Sequence record: DRR378314_17
Reading direction: 5' to 3' (one strand)
Length of the DNA stretch: 64,000 nucleotides
Part shown: piece after piece, positions 49,235-58,972 of the stretch
Layout: each line of letters begins with the position of its first letter
Numbering within the stretch: the stretch's first letter is position 1
Translations under genes and position numbers: made by a program
Notes under the pieces: model-generated
The model's database searches: none
Seen by the model: only the letters and a program-made list of their open reading frames with translations
What the model was told of the DNA's origin: nothing

Positions 49235-49953
49235 CAGATCTCTTCCAGCGTAGTTGAGGCTTGCCCATTGTCCAGATCAATTGCCGTGGACAGGCGCAGC
49301 CGTTCGGGCACGGGCGACAGCAGAAGAACACCGTCGATGATGACCCGCAGACCCGTCTTGTCGTTAATGTCCACTTTAACACGAACGGTGTTTTTCTTCA
49401 GGCGTGGTTCAAAGAAATGCAGAACCTGGCGGATTTCACTTTCAAGTTCACTTTTGTCGAAATCCGAACCGCGCCGGCCTGAAAAGGATGGCACCCCGAA
49501 GTTAAGAACCGAGCTGCGCACCTGAGGAAAATCCGCCAGCTGTTCACCAGTGGTTTGGGTTGACATCTGTTCCAGATCCGACAGGAGAAAATCAGCCTCC
49601 ATCCGCTCAATGTTGAACAGCATTTCAATATCCCGGCGCACCGCTTCACGCAGGATTTGCGCGTCAACAACGACGCCTTGTTCCTCAAGCCGTTGGCGTT
49701 GCTGCATCTTGGCTACAAAGGCATGCAGCTTCTGTCGTTGCGCATCATCGAGATGCGTCTGTTGTTCGACCGCGCGCGCGCCACCCTGAACAATCTGATC
49801 CAGATCGGTATCCCGTCCCAGCTCTCGGCTGAGTTCCTGTCGCAGACTGTCTGTTTCGGCCAGAACTCCTGGCAATTCGTCAACCAGCCGATCCCAAAGG
49901 GACGGCTGAACGCGTTCTTGTCGGGCCGAAATGCCAGGTATCAGGGTGGACAT
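49234..49953 (-). CDS. tssE: T6SS baseplate protein TssE (gp25-like, long form)
   Basis: Motifs PSLWDRL, VRRDIEMLFN, SVLNFGVP and FEPRL. Confidence 0.9.
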   Translation of the reverse strand: MSTLIPGISARQERVQPSLWDRLVDELPGVLAETDSLRQELSRELGRDTDLDQIVQGGARAVEQQTHLDDAQRQKLHAFVAKMQQRQRLEEQGVVVDAQILREAVRRDIEMLFNIERMEADFLLSDLEQMSTQTTGEQLADFPQVRSSVLNFGVPSFSGRRGSDFDKSELESEIRQVLHFFEPRLKKNTVRVKVDINDKTGLRVIIDGVLLLSPVPERLRLSTAIDLDNGQASTTLEEI

Positions 49954-49973
49954 GCGTTGCTCGGTCCTCCTGA

Positions 49974-50453
49974 TCAGACGCCAGCGGCGATATCGTATTC
50001 GATCTCGTGCTCATCTCCTGCGCTGTGATCATCGGCCTGAACTGTGTACTTGATGTTGATCTTTTCACAGGTCAGCGAGACGGTTTCTTCGATCGTCAGA
50101 GAGTCGTGCGGGGTAGGCAGGACATCGTAACCCGAGATCGCGACGTTTTCCATTGTGATGATCAGATAATCCAGATGCGCATCACCCGAGTCCTTGCGCA
50201 CTGCAATCGTGATCTCATCAAAACTCTTGGCCTGCATACACGCCAGCGCGAGATAGGGGGACGACGCATCGTAGAATTTTGCGACTGTGACCGCACCCAT
50301 TATTGCCCGGGCTTGCGAGCGGCCTCTGCCAGTCTGTGCAGCCGCGCCCTGACTGATACTCCACTCGACGGAGTGGACATCGATCTCTTCCTCGTGCTCA
50401 GCATTCAGGCTTTCACCAGGAATATCTTCGATCTTCATATATCCAGTTAGCAT
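49974..50453 (-). CDS. hcp: T6SS tube protein Hcp (TssD)
   Basis: Motifs IPGES..EHEEEIDVHSVEW, DASSP and ETVSL; located between tssC and tssE. Confidence 0.95.
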   Translation of the reverse strand: MLTGYMKIEDIPGESLNAEHEEEIDVHSVEWSISQGAAAQTGRGRSQARAIMGAVTVAKFYDASSPYLALACMQAKSFDEITIAVRKDSGDAHLDYLIITMENVAISGYDVLPTPHDSLTIEETVSLTCEKINIKYTVQADDHSAGDEHEIEYDIAAGV

Positions 50454-50478
50454 GGGACTACTCCTTTAAAATAAAGAA

Positions 50479-51987
50479 CTATGTTTTGACGGAAGGCAAT
50501 TCGGACACGAGCCGCAAGCTCGCGTTGATGCCTTCCAGTTGGTAATGTGGTCTGAGGAAAAACCGGGCGTTATAGTAGCCGGGGCGCCCTTCGACGCTGT
50601 CCACCTGGACTTCTGCCGCCGCCAATGGTCGCTTGGCCTTGGCTTTGTCATCGGCCATGGACGGGTTGGCCAGCACATAACGGTTGATCCACTCGCTCAG
50701 CCAAACCTGCATGTCCGAGCGTTCCTTAAATGTGCCTACCTTATCGCGTGCAATTGCCTTTAGATAATGCGCGAACCGGCTGACTGGGAACAGATAGGGC
50801 AGATTGGCGGATAGACGTTCATTGGCCTGCGCATCAGGATCAACCAGACGCCCGGCGCGGGTTTCGTCATCCTGCAGTGAATGGGCACCGATAAAGGCCG
50901 CAAGATCAGTGTTCTTGCGATGCAGTACAGGCATCATCCCCAGCTTGGCAAGTTCCGCCTCGCGCCGGTCGTCGATGGCGATTTCGGTCGGGCACTTCAT
51001 CGCGATCGAGCCGTCATCGGTCGGGAAGCTGTGCACCGGCAGGTTGGTTACCGTACCACCGGATTCCACACCTCTGATCTGGGTGCCCCAGCCATACAGC
51101 TTGTGGCTGCGGTTGATGTTCACGCCCATCGCAAAGGCTGCGTTCATCCAGACATAGTGATCATGCTTTCCGTCTATGGCTTCTTCAAAGTCAAAACCTT
51201 TGACCGGTATAGTGTCCGCGCCATAGGGCAGGCGGCCCAACACGCGAGGCATGGTCAGCCCGATATAGCGCGAATCCTCACTTTCGCGCAGCGATTGCCA
51301 GCTGGCATAATCAGGGGACGATACGATGCCTTCCAGATCCTGCGGGTTGGGCAGTTCCTGCCAGCTTTCCATCTTGAACAACTGCGGAGCAGCCGCGGCG
51401 ATAAACGGCGCGTGTGCTGACGCGCAGACACCAGACATTTCGCGCAACAGGCTAACGTCCTGTGGATTGTGTGAGAACTCATAAGCACCGATGATTGCAC
51501 CAAACGGCTCACCACCAAATTGTGAATATTCGGCCTGATAAACGCTTTTGTAGATCGGGGACTGGTCCCACATCTGGCCTTCGAAGTCCTGAAGCGTCTC
51601 GCCCAGTTCCTCTTTCTTGATGTTCATCACCCGGATCTTCAGTTTCTGATCCGTTTCGGTGTTGTTCACCAGATAATGCAATCCGCGCCAGGTGCCTTCC
51701 ATCTGGCGTACATCGTCATTGTGCAAAATTTCATTCATCTGGGTGGTTAACAAACCGTCGATGCCAGCGATCAGCGACTTGATCGATTTGATGGCATTGC
51801 CCGAGATCGTGGCCGAACCAGACCGATCTTTGGCCGCGATCGCCAGATTATCCACCAATCCCTTTAGCTTGTCGCTTTCGCTGTCTTTGACGCGAAAGTC
51901 CTTTTCCAGCAGATCAGAAAATTCACCCAGATCCAGTTCTTCGGCGGCTGCTGCGCCTCCGGCAGCCTGTGCTTCTTTCTCAGCCAT
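50479..51987 (-). CDS. tssC: T6SS sheath large subunit TssC
   Basis: Motifs EGTWRGL, FGGEPFG, AHAPFI and RPHYQLEG. Confidence 0.97.
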   Translation of the reverse strand: MAEKEAQAAGGAAAAEELDLGEFSDLLEKDFRVKDSESDKLKGLVDNLAIAAKDRSGSATISGNAIKSIKSLIAGIDGLLTTQMNEILHNDDVRQMEGTWRGLHYLVNNTETDQKLKIRVMNIKKEELGETLQDFEGQMWDQSPIYKSVYQAEYSQFGGEPFGAIIGAYEFSHNPQDVSLLREMSGVCASAHAPFIAAAAPQLFKMESWQELPNPQDLEGIVSSPDYASWQSLRESEDSRYIGLTMPRVLGRLPYGADTIPVKGFDFEEAIDGKHDHYVWMNAAFAMGVNINRSHKLYGWGTQIRGVESGGTVTNLPVHSFPTDDGSIAMKCPTEIAIDDRREAELAKLGMMPVLHRKNTDLAAFIGAHSLQDDETRAGRLVDPDAQANERLSANLPYLFPVSRFAHYLKAIARDKVGTFKERSDMQVWLSEWINRYVLANPSMADDKAKAKRPLAAAEVQVDSVEGRPGYYNARFFLRPHYQLEGINASLRLVSELPSVKT

Positions 51988-51989
51988 GC

Positions 51990-52526
51990 TTAACCCTCCT
52001 CGCTTTCAGCGTTCTTCAGGGCTTCTTCGGCGGCCTGCGCCAGAAGCGGTTCATTGTTCAGAAGTTGTGCAATGCGTTTCTCTGCATCGACTTTGCCGTC
52101 CATATACCCAAGCAGCTCTTCCAGCTGATTGCGCATTTTCAGCAACTCGTTTAGCGCCGGAACTTGAGACGCCATCTTATCGGGGGTAAAATCCCCCATG
52201 CTGGCGAAAGTCAGATCGACATAAAGCTCTTCGTCCGCTTCCTCGCCATCGGCTGAAGGCAGAGTATTGGGAACGCGGGTTTTTACACGAGGGCCGAGGG
52301 CTTCCATAAATTTGTTGAAACGGCCCGCGTCGGTTTCTACGAAATTGCGCTCACCCACTGGTTTTTTGGCTTCAGGTGTTTCCGATTGACCTGCCAGATC
52401 AGCCATGACACCCATCACAAAGGGCAGTTCGATCGTTGTGGGGCTACCGTAGTGTTCAACGTCATAAGCGATCTGCACCCTTGGGGCGCGATTGCGCTCG
52501 ATGACTTTCTGCTTACTTTCAGACAT
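51990..52526 (-). CDS. tssB: T6SS sheath small subunit TssB
   Basis: Motifs RAPRVQIAYDVE and ELPFVMGVMADL. Confidence 0.97.
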   Translation of the reverse strand: MSESKQKVIERNRAPRVQIAYDVEHYGSPTTIELPFVMGVMADLAGQSETPEAKKPVGERNFVETDAGRFNKFMEALGPRVKTRVPNTLPSADGEEADEELYVDLTFASMGDFTPDKMASQVPALNELLKMRNQLEELLGYMDGKVDAEKRIAQLLNNEPLLAQAAEEALKNAESEEG

Positions 52527-52545
52527 TTAGAACTCCTTTGAAGTT

Positions 52546-53682
52546 TTAAGACTTTCTCCCTTTGGCGTCCTCCACGCCTGCAACATTGCGAAATTCTTTC
52601 AGGCCTGATGGGGCGACTTCCTCCATCAGGTCCATGAAATCCATAGGAACCATGCGCCTCAGTCTTCGGGCCAGATGCGGGATCGGGCTTGAGGGTTCGG
52701 TGCGCTCGTAAAATGCGATAATGCCATCGAGGCATCGCTCGACATCGGTGCGGGAATTCACAGTGCCTGGAGCCACAATACTGGCAGGCGCGGTGGCAGG
52801 GGCTGCCGCTTGCGGTGTGGCCTGCGGTTGCGGGGTCGTTGCTGCACTTTCATCGGCGGCGTCACTCATATCAGACATTGCCACCTCCAGCGTGGTTTGC
52901 ACCTGACCCAGAAATTCGCCAAGCTCTTTTAGGCTTAGACCAGGGTCCTTTTCGTATCCCGCCGATGAGTTGAACAGGGTGCAGATCGAACCAAGCGTTT
53001 CCTGAGCCTGTTTCAACGCCGCAACCAACACCTCAGCGCGTTCGGGTTCCTCGGCGGCCAACGCCCTCGTTCCGGCCTTGACGCGCCCAACGCGGGCCTC
53101 GTGCTTGGTGGCAATATCAGCCAGTTCCGCCTCGGTCGCGCCAGCATATTTCGCCTGCGCATCGAACACGCTAAGCGTTGCGGCGGCCAGGTCTTCACCG
53201 GTCAGCGGGCCAATGCCGCGGGGGCTGAGCGCGATTGAAAACTTCAGATCCCCCAGCAACCCGTTGTCATCATTCTCCAGTTGCTTGATTGCATTCTGCC
53301 TGGGCTGAACGCGGGCCTGAGGCGTATCGCGGTCACGCAACGGTGGGTTTAGATTATCCCAGTATGTATCCAGCGTCGTATCCAGCATCTTAAGACCTGC
53401 CGAGAGGCCTTCGAAACTGTCGGATGCAACTCCGGCGCGGATCAGAACGGTCAACATCCGCAAATCGCGTCCGGTCTTCGCCAATTCGAGCCCATCATTT
53501 TCAATCGAAGACCAGTCTGTTGGCAGAGCAGAAGGGTTGAGCGTGCCGTCAGGCAGCACCCGATTGGTCTTCGCCGCTGTTTCAAGCAGGCGTTCGATCG
53601 CGTGAAAACGCGGGTCGTTTCTTAACTCCGCACCGGAAGGGTTGTCACCTTCCAACGGCTCAAGAAGGACTTCAAAATCCAT
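52546..53682 (-). CDS. tssA: T6SS protein TssA
   Basis: ImpA N-terminus (LLEPL..PSG, RDLR) and C-terminal FYERTEPSSPIP. Confidence 0.93.
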   Translation of the reverse strand: MDFEVLLEPLEGDNPSGAELRNDPRFHAIERLLETAAKTNRVLPDGTLNPSALPTDWSSIENDGLELAKTGRDLRMLTVLIRAGVASDSFEGLSAGLKMLDTTLDTYWDNLNPPLRDRDTPQARVQPRQNAIKQLENDDNGLLGDLKFSIALSPRGIGPLTGEDLAAATLSVFDAQAKYAGATEAELADIATKHEARVGRVKAGTRALAAEEPERAEVLVAALKQAQETLGSICTLFNSSAGYEKDPGLSLKELGEFLGQVQTTLEVAMSDMSDAADESAATTPQPQATPQAAAPATAPASIVAPGTVNSRTDVERCLDGIIAFYERTEPSSPIPHLARRLRRMVPMDFMDLMEEVAPSGLKEFRNVAGVEDAKGRKS

Positions 53683-53754
53683 ACAACTGCCTAAAAACTC
53701 ATGTTCAACAATGTTCAAAGTGTCGCAAAACAATTCGATTCTTGCAATAAAATC

Positions 53755-53774
53755 ACCATATCACATGATATGGT
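53755..53774. promoter_or_regulatory. Palindrome ACCATATCA-CA-TGATATGGT in the divergent tssA promoter region
   Basis: Perfect 9-bp inverted arms with a 2-bp spacer in AT-rich intergenic DNA. Confidence 0.6.
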
Positions 53775-53911
53775 CATACTTGTGTGAACTAGAGACCAGA
53801 GCGACAACACCGTTTCAGGCACTGTAGGAAGCGGGTTTCAATTTCGAAATTGCATTTGGTGAGCGACGCGATTTCATGTGATACTGAACGCCATTTACGC
53901 CGGAGGGCTCC

Positions 53912-54325
53912 ATGCAGGTGACAGAGCAGATCGATGGAATAATGATCGGTGTCATTCAGGGGATTGAGAATGGCGTGCCACTGGTGGCCTATCCCGCCAA
54001 CCCGCTGGATCATCCGGTTGCTGCGCGCAGTCTGGTTGCACTGGATGCCGATCACGTCGGATGCGAGGTGGCATTGCAATTTGAACAGGGGCAGGTCGAT
54101 CGCCCTCTGATCCTAGGTCGGATCATTGAGCCGGACGAAGGGACGGAAGTGCTGCGAGACGGCGACCATGTGCGTGTCACGGGTCAGGAACGGATCGAGC
54201 TGCGCTGCGGCAAGGCTTCGATCATTATGGAGGCCGATGGACACATCACCATCCGCGGCAGCTATCTGGTCAACCATGCCACCGCCTCCAACCGCATCCG
54301 CGGCGGTTCGGTCAACATCAACTGA
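53912..54325 (+). CDS. DUF6484-like T6SS-associated protein (VgrG/gp5 C-terminal-like)
   Basis: Motifs VALQFEQG..RPLILGRI, IELRCGKASI and NRIRGGSVNIN; GGAGG RBS. Confidence 0.75.
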   Translation: MQVTEQIDGIMIGVIQGIENGVPLVAYPANPLDHPVAARSLVALDADHVGCEVALQFEQGQVDRPLILGRIIEPDEGTEVLRDGDHVRVTGQERIELRCGKASIIMEADGHITIRGSYLVNHATASNRIRGGSVNIN

Positions 54326-54336
54326 GCGGCAGAGCG

Positions 54337-54690
54337 GTGACGATTCCAATCCTTGAAAATATCGTCCGCCAGCACGCGGAAGAGGCCGCGCATCTGTGGA
54401 ACATTTACGATTACGCGCTTCTCAACCCGGATGAAAATCCGGATATGGATCAAGAGCGTATCGACCGCGTGGTGGAACGCCTGAATGCCCATATCGACGG
54501 GTTGCGCGTCGCAGGTGAAGAAGGTTTGCGCGTGGCACAAGAACGGTTCGACGAATATCCCGAACCAGGTGAGTTGTTTGTGTTGAGGATGCTCCAACCC
54601 AACGCCGCAAAGGTTTGGATCGCCGATCTGGATTTGGACGGGGTCAGGGCTTATCTGGTTGAGAAGTTGGACGAAGTTAAGCCATCGTAA
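54337..54690 (+). CDS. Short protein resembling the N-terminus of TIGR02270-family proteins
   Basis: Motifs IVRQHAEEAAHLW, ERLNAHIDGLRVAG and EPGELF. Confidence 0.65.
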   Translation: MTIPILENIVRQHAEEAAHLWNIYDYALLNPDENPDMDQERIDRVVERLNAHIDGLRVAGEEGLRVAQERFDEYPEPGELFVLRMLQPNAAKVWIADLDLDGVRAYLVEKLDEVKPS

Positions 54691-55582
54691 CCTGATCGAA
54701 TTTCAACCAGTATTCTTCGTCGAATATTAGTACATCTTTCATGCCAAGCGACCACATCGTGTCCCCTCCTACAGAAAGCTCTGAAAAACTGTCGGCAATT
54801 TTAAGTGGTTCCGGAATAAGCGTTAGTTCATCTTCAACATCCAGAAGGAACAACGCGGTATATCCGGCCAAATAAATTTTCCCGTGATACTCAGCCATTC
54901 CCCAGATATCGATTATTCCGGGCTCGCTACACAAGAGCTCGAAATCATCTTGCTTGCCACGCAACACTGTGCCGTTCTGCCCAGCAGCGTAAACACGACC
55001 GTCATTCGCACATAAGACAGTGTAGAAACAGGCATTCGTCTGGCATTGAACCGGATGCCATTCAGTACCGTCATAGCGCCAGACAACACCGAATTCACCG
55101 GCTGCATAAAGTTCCTGAGTATTATTTCCAGCAATGGATTCGAGGTTTTGGTGTGCAAATTCTTTGCGCAACTTTTCTGATGGGCTTATGTCCGTCCATT
55201 GGTTAACACCGTCGCGCCGAAACACCTGCATTGATGCTCCAGAGGCGTAGAATGCGCCATCAATCCAGGCAAGTTTACGTAACGGTCCACGTTCCAGTGT
55301 AATCTCCTCTTCGATTGGCTCACCATCAAGAAAATAGATGAATTTCCCCCAATCGCCTAGAAACGCCGGGCCTGACTGGGCGCCTTTACTGTAACAGACA
55401 GAAACGACACTGTGATCGCGCTTTCCGATGGCCTTGACTGTTCCGTCGTGCATTTCCAGTAGCGCAGCATGGGGTTCGTCCTTGTTGCCTGCCAGTTTGT
55501 CGATCACACAAGAGAATGCTAGCGTAATATCGTCCTTGGCAGCCCCGCAGGTAAGAGTAAATTCATCCAGAATTGGTCGCAT
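54677..55582 (-). CDS. Beta-propeller-like repeat protein; candidate cognate immunity protein
   Basis: Repeated YAxG..G.V....G..W blades; immediately downstream of the toxin; lower GC. Confidence 0.7.
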   Translation of the reverse strand: MRPILDEFTLTCGAAKDDITLAFSCVIDKLAGNKDEPHAALLEMHDGTVKAIGKRDHSVVSVCYSKGAQSGPAFLGDWGKFIYFLDGEPIEEEITLERGPLRKLAWIDGAFYASGASMQVFRRDGVNQWTDISPSEKLRKEFAHQNLESIAGNNTQELYAAGEFGVVWRYDGTEWHPVQCQTNACFYTVLCANDGRVYAAGQNGTVLRGKQDDFELLCSEPGIIDIWGMAEYHGKIYLAGYTALFLLDVEDELTLIPEPLKIADSFSELSVGGDTMWSLGMKDVLIFDEEYWLKFDQVTMA

Positions 55583-55593
55583 GTGTTGCCTCT

Positions 55594-56826
55594 TCAGCCG
55601 CCAGCCATTTTCATGGCCTTGTCGAGATAGGATTGGATATTGTCGATCATACGCCTTGCTTCGACAGCTGGACGGCCTGGGTTTTTGTCTGCGCGAAGTG
55701 GTGTGTCCTCAGAAACCCCCGCCTTTTCATGAAATGCGTCGAGCTGCGCCTTGATACAGGCAGGGCTACAACCGGATTCTGGGAAAACCTTTTTCATTGA
55801 TGAAATCGATTTGTCGCGCATCTGACCATAAGTAAGCGAATGGCAATTCAGAGGATTCTTTGCATCACTAGCAGGCAGTGCATTGTCAAGAATCTCGCAG
55901 TACATATCGTTGTGCATCAATCCATGGCTGCCCTTGTTGTGTGTGGCACCTTCGGCGCAAACACATGGCGCGGCCTTGGCATCATAGCTAACTCCAGGTA
56001 AAGCTTTCCCATCCACGGAAAAACTGGATTCGGGAACAAGATGGTGACCTGTCTGTTTGCCACAGCACTCACCCTTTTCGTCGTCCTTTTTTGAAACCAG
56101 CTTGCACTTAATTGCTGCAAGACAGGGGTTCTTGCGAGCAGCACCAGAGTCTCTCATTCGCTCCTTGTTCACCCGGTTTTCATCCGCTGCCAAGTCCGTC
56201 GATGCCTTCAACCCAACGAATACGGCCCCGCCGGCCTTGTGTGAAATTGTTTCATCCGAACGTCGGCTGGTGTTGTCTACACCCGGGGAAAGACTCAATC
56301 CTGCAGCGTCGCAAGCCTCATCAAGATTTTTGTAGTCTTTGCAGCCTTCCTGCATCTTCTGGATATCATCGGCGCAGGGATTATTAGGATCCACCACCCA
56401 CGGCTGCCCGATCTTCGGCCATGGCGGTGCGTTCGGCGGTGATCCATGATTGTTCGTCTCGATATCCGAAAACCGGCAGATGTTCTTGCCTTCCGCTTTC
56501 ACATTCATCGAATAGGCCTGCGATTTGGCCTTACCGGTGTTTTTCGAACTGATAATGCCTTTTTTGCTGGCGCTTCCGGCCTCGGTTCCGGTGGTTTTGG
56601 TGAAATGAGAGTTGTTCTTCAGATTGATCGTCTCTCCGCCGATCTTGACGGTCCCGGTGCCCTTGTCCGTGTCGCCATCACTGCCGAATGAAGGGTAGGG
56701 GATTGGTACGCCGGGTGGCGTTGGTGGGGCCTGTGGTGGGGTGAAACATACGTCAGGGAAAGCGGCGATCACATTGTTGGACTGCTTCTTGCAGGACACT
56801 TCCAGATTGTTGGCGAAGACGGTCAT
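55594..56826 (-). CDS. DUF4150 PAAR-like protein fused to a GHH-type HNH nuclease toxin (Tox-GHH2-like)
   Basis: N-terminal FPDVCFTP...PIPYP; C-terminal QTGHHLVP, APCVCAEG, SHGLMH and CIKAQL. Confidence 0.85.
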   Translation of the reverse strand: MTVFANNLEVSCKKQSNNVIAAFPDVCFTPPQAPPTPPGVPIPYPSFGSDGDTDKGTGTVKIGGETINLKNNSHFTKTTGTEAGSASKKGIISSKNTGKAKSQAYSMNVKAEGKNICRFSDIETNNHGSPPNAPPWPKIGQPWVVDPNNPCADDIQKMQEGCKDYKNLDEACDAAGLSLSPGVDNTSRRSDETISHKAGGAVFVGLKASTDLAADENRVNKERMRDSGAARKNPCLAAIKCKLVSKKDDEKGECCGKQTGHHLVPESSFSVDGKALPGVSYDAKAAPCVCAEGATHNKGSHGLMHNDMYCEILDNALPASDAKNPLNCHSLTYGQMRDKSISSMKKVFPESGCSPACIKAQLDAFHEKAGVSEDTPLRADKNPGRPAVEARRMIDNIQSYLDKAMKMAGG

Positions 56827-57866
56827 GCGGCGCCCACCTTCGCCGAAGTGTCGGGTGCAAAGAATACTGCAGCGCCGCAGGTTCCGTCATCCCCTGACGC
56901 CTCGATCAGCACCGGATTGCCGGGCGCATAATGTTTGAGTGCTGCTTCCAACGCCCAAGCGATCATGATCGGAACGGCGGCGGCCCCGACATTTCCGATA
57001 CATTCAGTTGGGGTCCAAAGCTCTTGCAGCTCTCGATGTTCACGCAGCAGCCGCTGCATCGACAGAGCGGTCTGTTTGAAGAAATAAGCCTCGCCCGTCA
57101 GGTCGGAAATGCGATAATCGATCCGGTCGAAGCCGATACCTGATATCTCGAGCGCTTCACGATAGGCGCTGGTCATGCCATCGGCGCGAAGGGGGAGTTC
57201 TTCTTCGTTGTACAGATAGGCTAGTTCTCGGCTCAGGCCGAGGCCGGTCATAGCTAATTGCGTCGGTGGCCCACCGGTACACAACAGTGCTGCGGCGGCT
57301 TCTCCGGGAATGAAGCCGTTGGCATTGCTCCCGTTCAATAGGCGTTCAGCGCGGATGAATTCGGCAATTGTTGGGCCAGTCAAAAGGCTGTCGGCACCGA
57401 CAATCAGTACATGGCTGTTAGGATCCTTGCGCAATATCCGCCCTGCACGTTCCAATGCTACAAAGCCTGAAGGCCGGCCATATTCGACGGTTTCGAATTT
57501 GGTCTGTCGGGGCAGGTCAGAAAACTCGATCAGTTTGCGGGCAAAGGTGTCTGGGTCGCGCACGGGTGCGCCGCGGCGCGACCCCTCTGCCAAACATAGT
57601 ATGACGGTCAGAGTTCTAACCTCGGCCTGAAAGCCGTCGAGCGCATCCACCACAGCGCCTGCGGCCAGATGTGCAACCCGTTTTTCTCCAACCCAGTTGC
57701 GCGGTAAGGGTACCGGTGCGCCCAGCTGCCATTCTCCATCGGCGGCCAGAAAGTCGGTTTCCTGAAATCCGTCCAGCCCGCCCCGCATGGCGGCGGCTGA
57801 TGCGGCACAGTTCAGTCCAACTGCCGTCACCATTCCGGCGGACAGGATATTGACGCCTTTGGTCAC
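56823..57866 (-). CDS. 3-oxoacyl-ACP-synthase-like T6SS adaptor (PRK06147-like)
   Basis: Motifs GMVTAVG, GFIPGEAAAA, DLTGE.Y.FK and IGNVGAA; lies between DUF2169 and DUF4150. Confidence 0.82.
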   Translation of the reverse strand: MTKGVNILSAGMVTAVGLNCAASAAAMRGGLDGFQETDFLAADGEWQLGAPVPLPRNWVGEKRVAHLAAGAVVDALDGFQAEVRTLTVILCLAEGSRRGAPVRDPDTFARKLIEFSDLPRQTKFETVEYGRPSGFVALERAGRILRKDPNSHVLIVGADSLLTGPTIAEFIRAERLLNGSNANGFIPGEAAAALLCTGGPPTQLAMTGLGLSRELAYLYNEEELPLRADGMTSAYREALEISGIGFDRIDYRISDLTGEAYFFKQTALSMQRLLREHRELQELWTPTECIGNVGAAAVPIMIAWALEAALKHYAPGNPVLIEASGDDGTCGAAVFFAPDTSAKVGAA

Positions 57867-58963
57867 ATCGCCACCTCGCCGGACAGGCGGTTCGGCGCGC
57901 TAGGCATGTAGGTCTTGCCCTTCTGCTTCGCGCGCACCTGCCCGCGCGAAGGTGTGCCGATCCAAAATTCTGTGAACTCGGTGATGACACGCCGGATGGG
58001 AACTTCGACCCGCCACGCCAGTGAGAACATTCTATTTTCGGCATCGATCAGAAGTGTGTCGGGCAGGGCGGTTGTCTCTAGCGCCTTTTCCCAGTCGCGC
58101 CAGATGGTCAGCGGCAATCTGGTGTCGGGCAGATAAAACGCCTCTTTGCCACGCGGCGTGAGGTTGACCAATACCACCTGTGTTCCACCCACAGGAAAGT
58201 CGATCTGCTGGTCGGGTGCGGTTTGTTGATAGTACCGCTCATCAAAATCAGCGGGCAGAAACGGGAACACATTGTCTTTCCAGCCATCGTCATAGGTTCC
58301 ACCAAAGCGCTGCCGTTCAGGTGAAACGCGCGATATCGGACCCAGAGCCATCGGTCTGTAGTCTTCATAAGGTGAGGTGACAGGTGCTCCGATCTCTTCG
58401 GTATTTGGCAAAGGTGTACCGCTAAGATGCGATTGATTTTTCACACTGGCAAACCCCTGGCCGACCGGGTTCGCAAGGTAGACAGGCGGCAGCGCGTCGT
58501 CGGGATCCAACGTGCAGGCGCCGCCGAATGCGGTGTCATAGCTGAAGAGTGTACGGGTGAAGGGAACAGGATCCGTTGCAGTGATTGTGGGACCAACCAC
58601 ACGCCATTCACGATGGCCGGTGACATTGAAGGTCTTTGCCATTGCGCCAACCTTTAATCCGACCTGTACCTTTTCTGCAGGCCCACCGCCCGGCGCATAG
58701 GCCGCCCCGTTCAGAACCACATCGCAACGGCCCTTGCGAAAGGCATAGTCGGTCTCCCATGTGGTGGCCGAATATCCCGGTTCGCCGCCAAACTCATCCG
58801 CCATCACCAGAGGGGTCTGTTTTGGCATCGGTACTGGAGGCTGGTCCGAGTGGTCAGGAAAGCCGAACGTGCCTTTGACCACCAGTGACAGGTATTCGCG
58901 CCCGGCCACGTCCATGCCCATCGTGATGCCAAAGACAAAGTTGGTTTTGTTGTAAACCAGCAT
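57863..58963 (-). CDS. DUF2169-family T6SS adaptor
   Basis: Motifs LVVKGTF, AFGG, NPVGQG, GTYD..W and P.DFDERY. Confidence 0.88.
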   Translation of the reverse strand: MLVYNKTNFVFGITMGMDVAGREYLSLVVKGTFGFPDHSDQPPVPMPKQTPLVMADEFGGEPGYSATTWETDYAFRKGRCDVVLNGAAYAPGGGPAEKVQVGLKVGAMAKTFNVTGHREWRVVGPTITATDPVPFTRTLFSYDTAFGGACTLDPDDALPPVYLANPVGQGFASVKNQSHLSGTPLPNTEEIGAPVTSPYEDYRPMALGPISRVSPERQRFGGTYDDGWKDNVFPFLPADFDERYYQQTAPDQQIDFPVGGTQVVLVNLTPRGKEAFYLPDTRLPLTIWRDWEKALETTALPDTLLIDAENRMFSLAWRVEVPIRRVITEFTEFWIGTPSRGQVRAKQKGKTYMPSAPNRLSGEVAM

Positions 58964-58972
58964 CTACGACAC

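Noticed and set aside
56823-57866. KS-like gene as fatty-acid or polyketide biosynthesis
   Set aside because: No ACP or other FAS/PKS genes are present, and its position between DUF2169 and DUF4150 fits the known T6SS adaptor arrangement.
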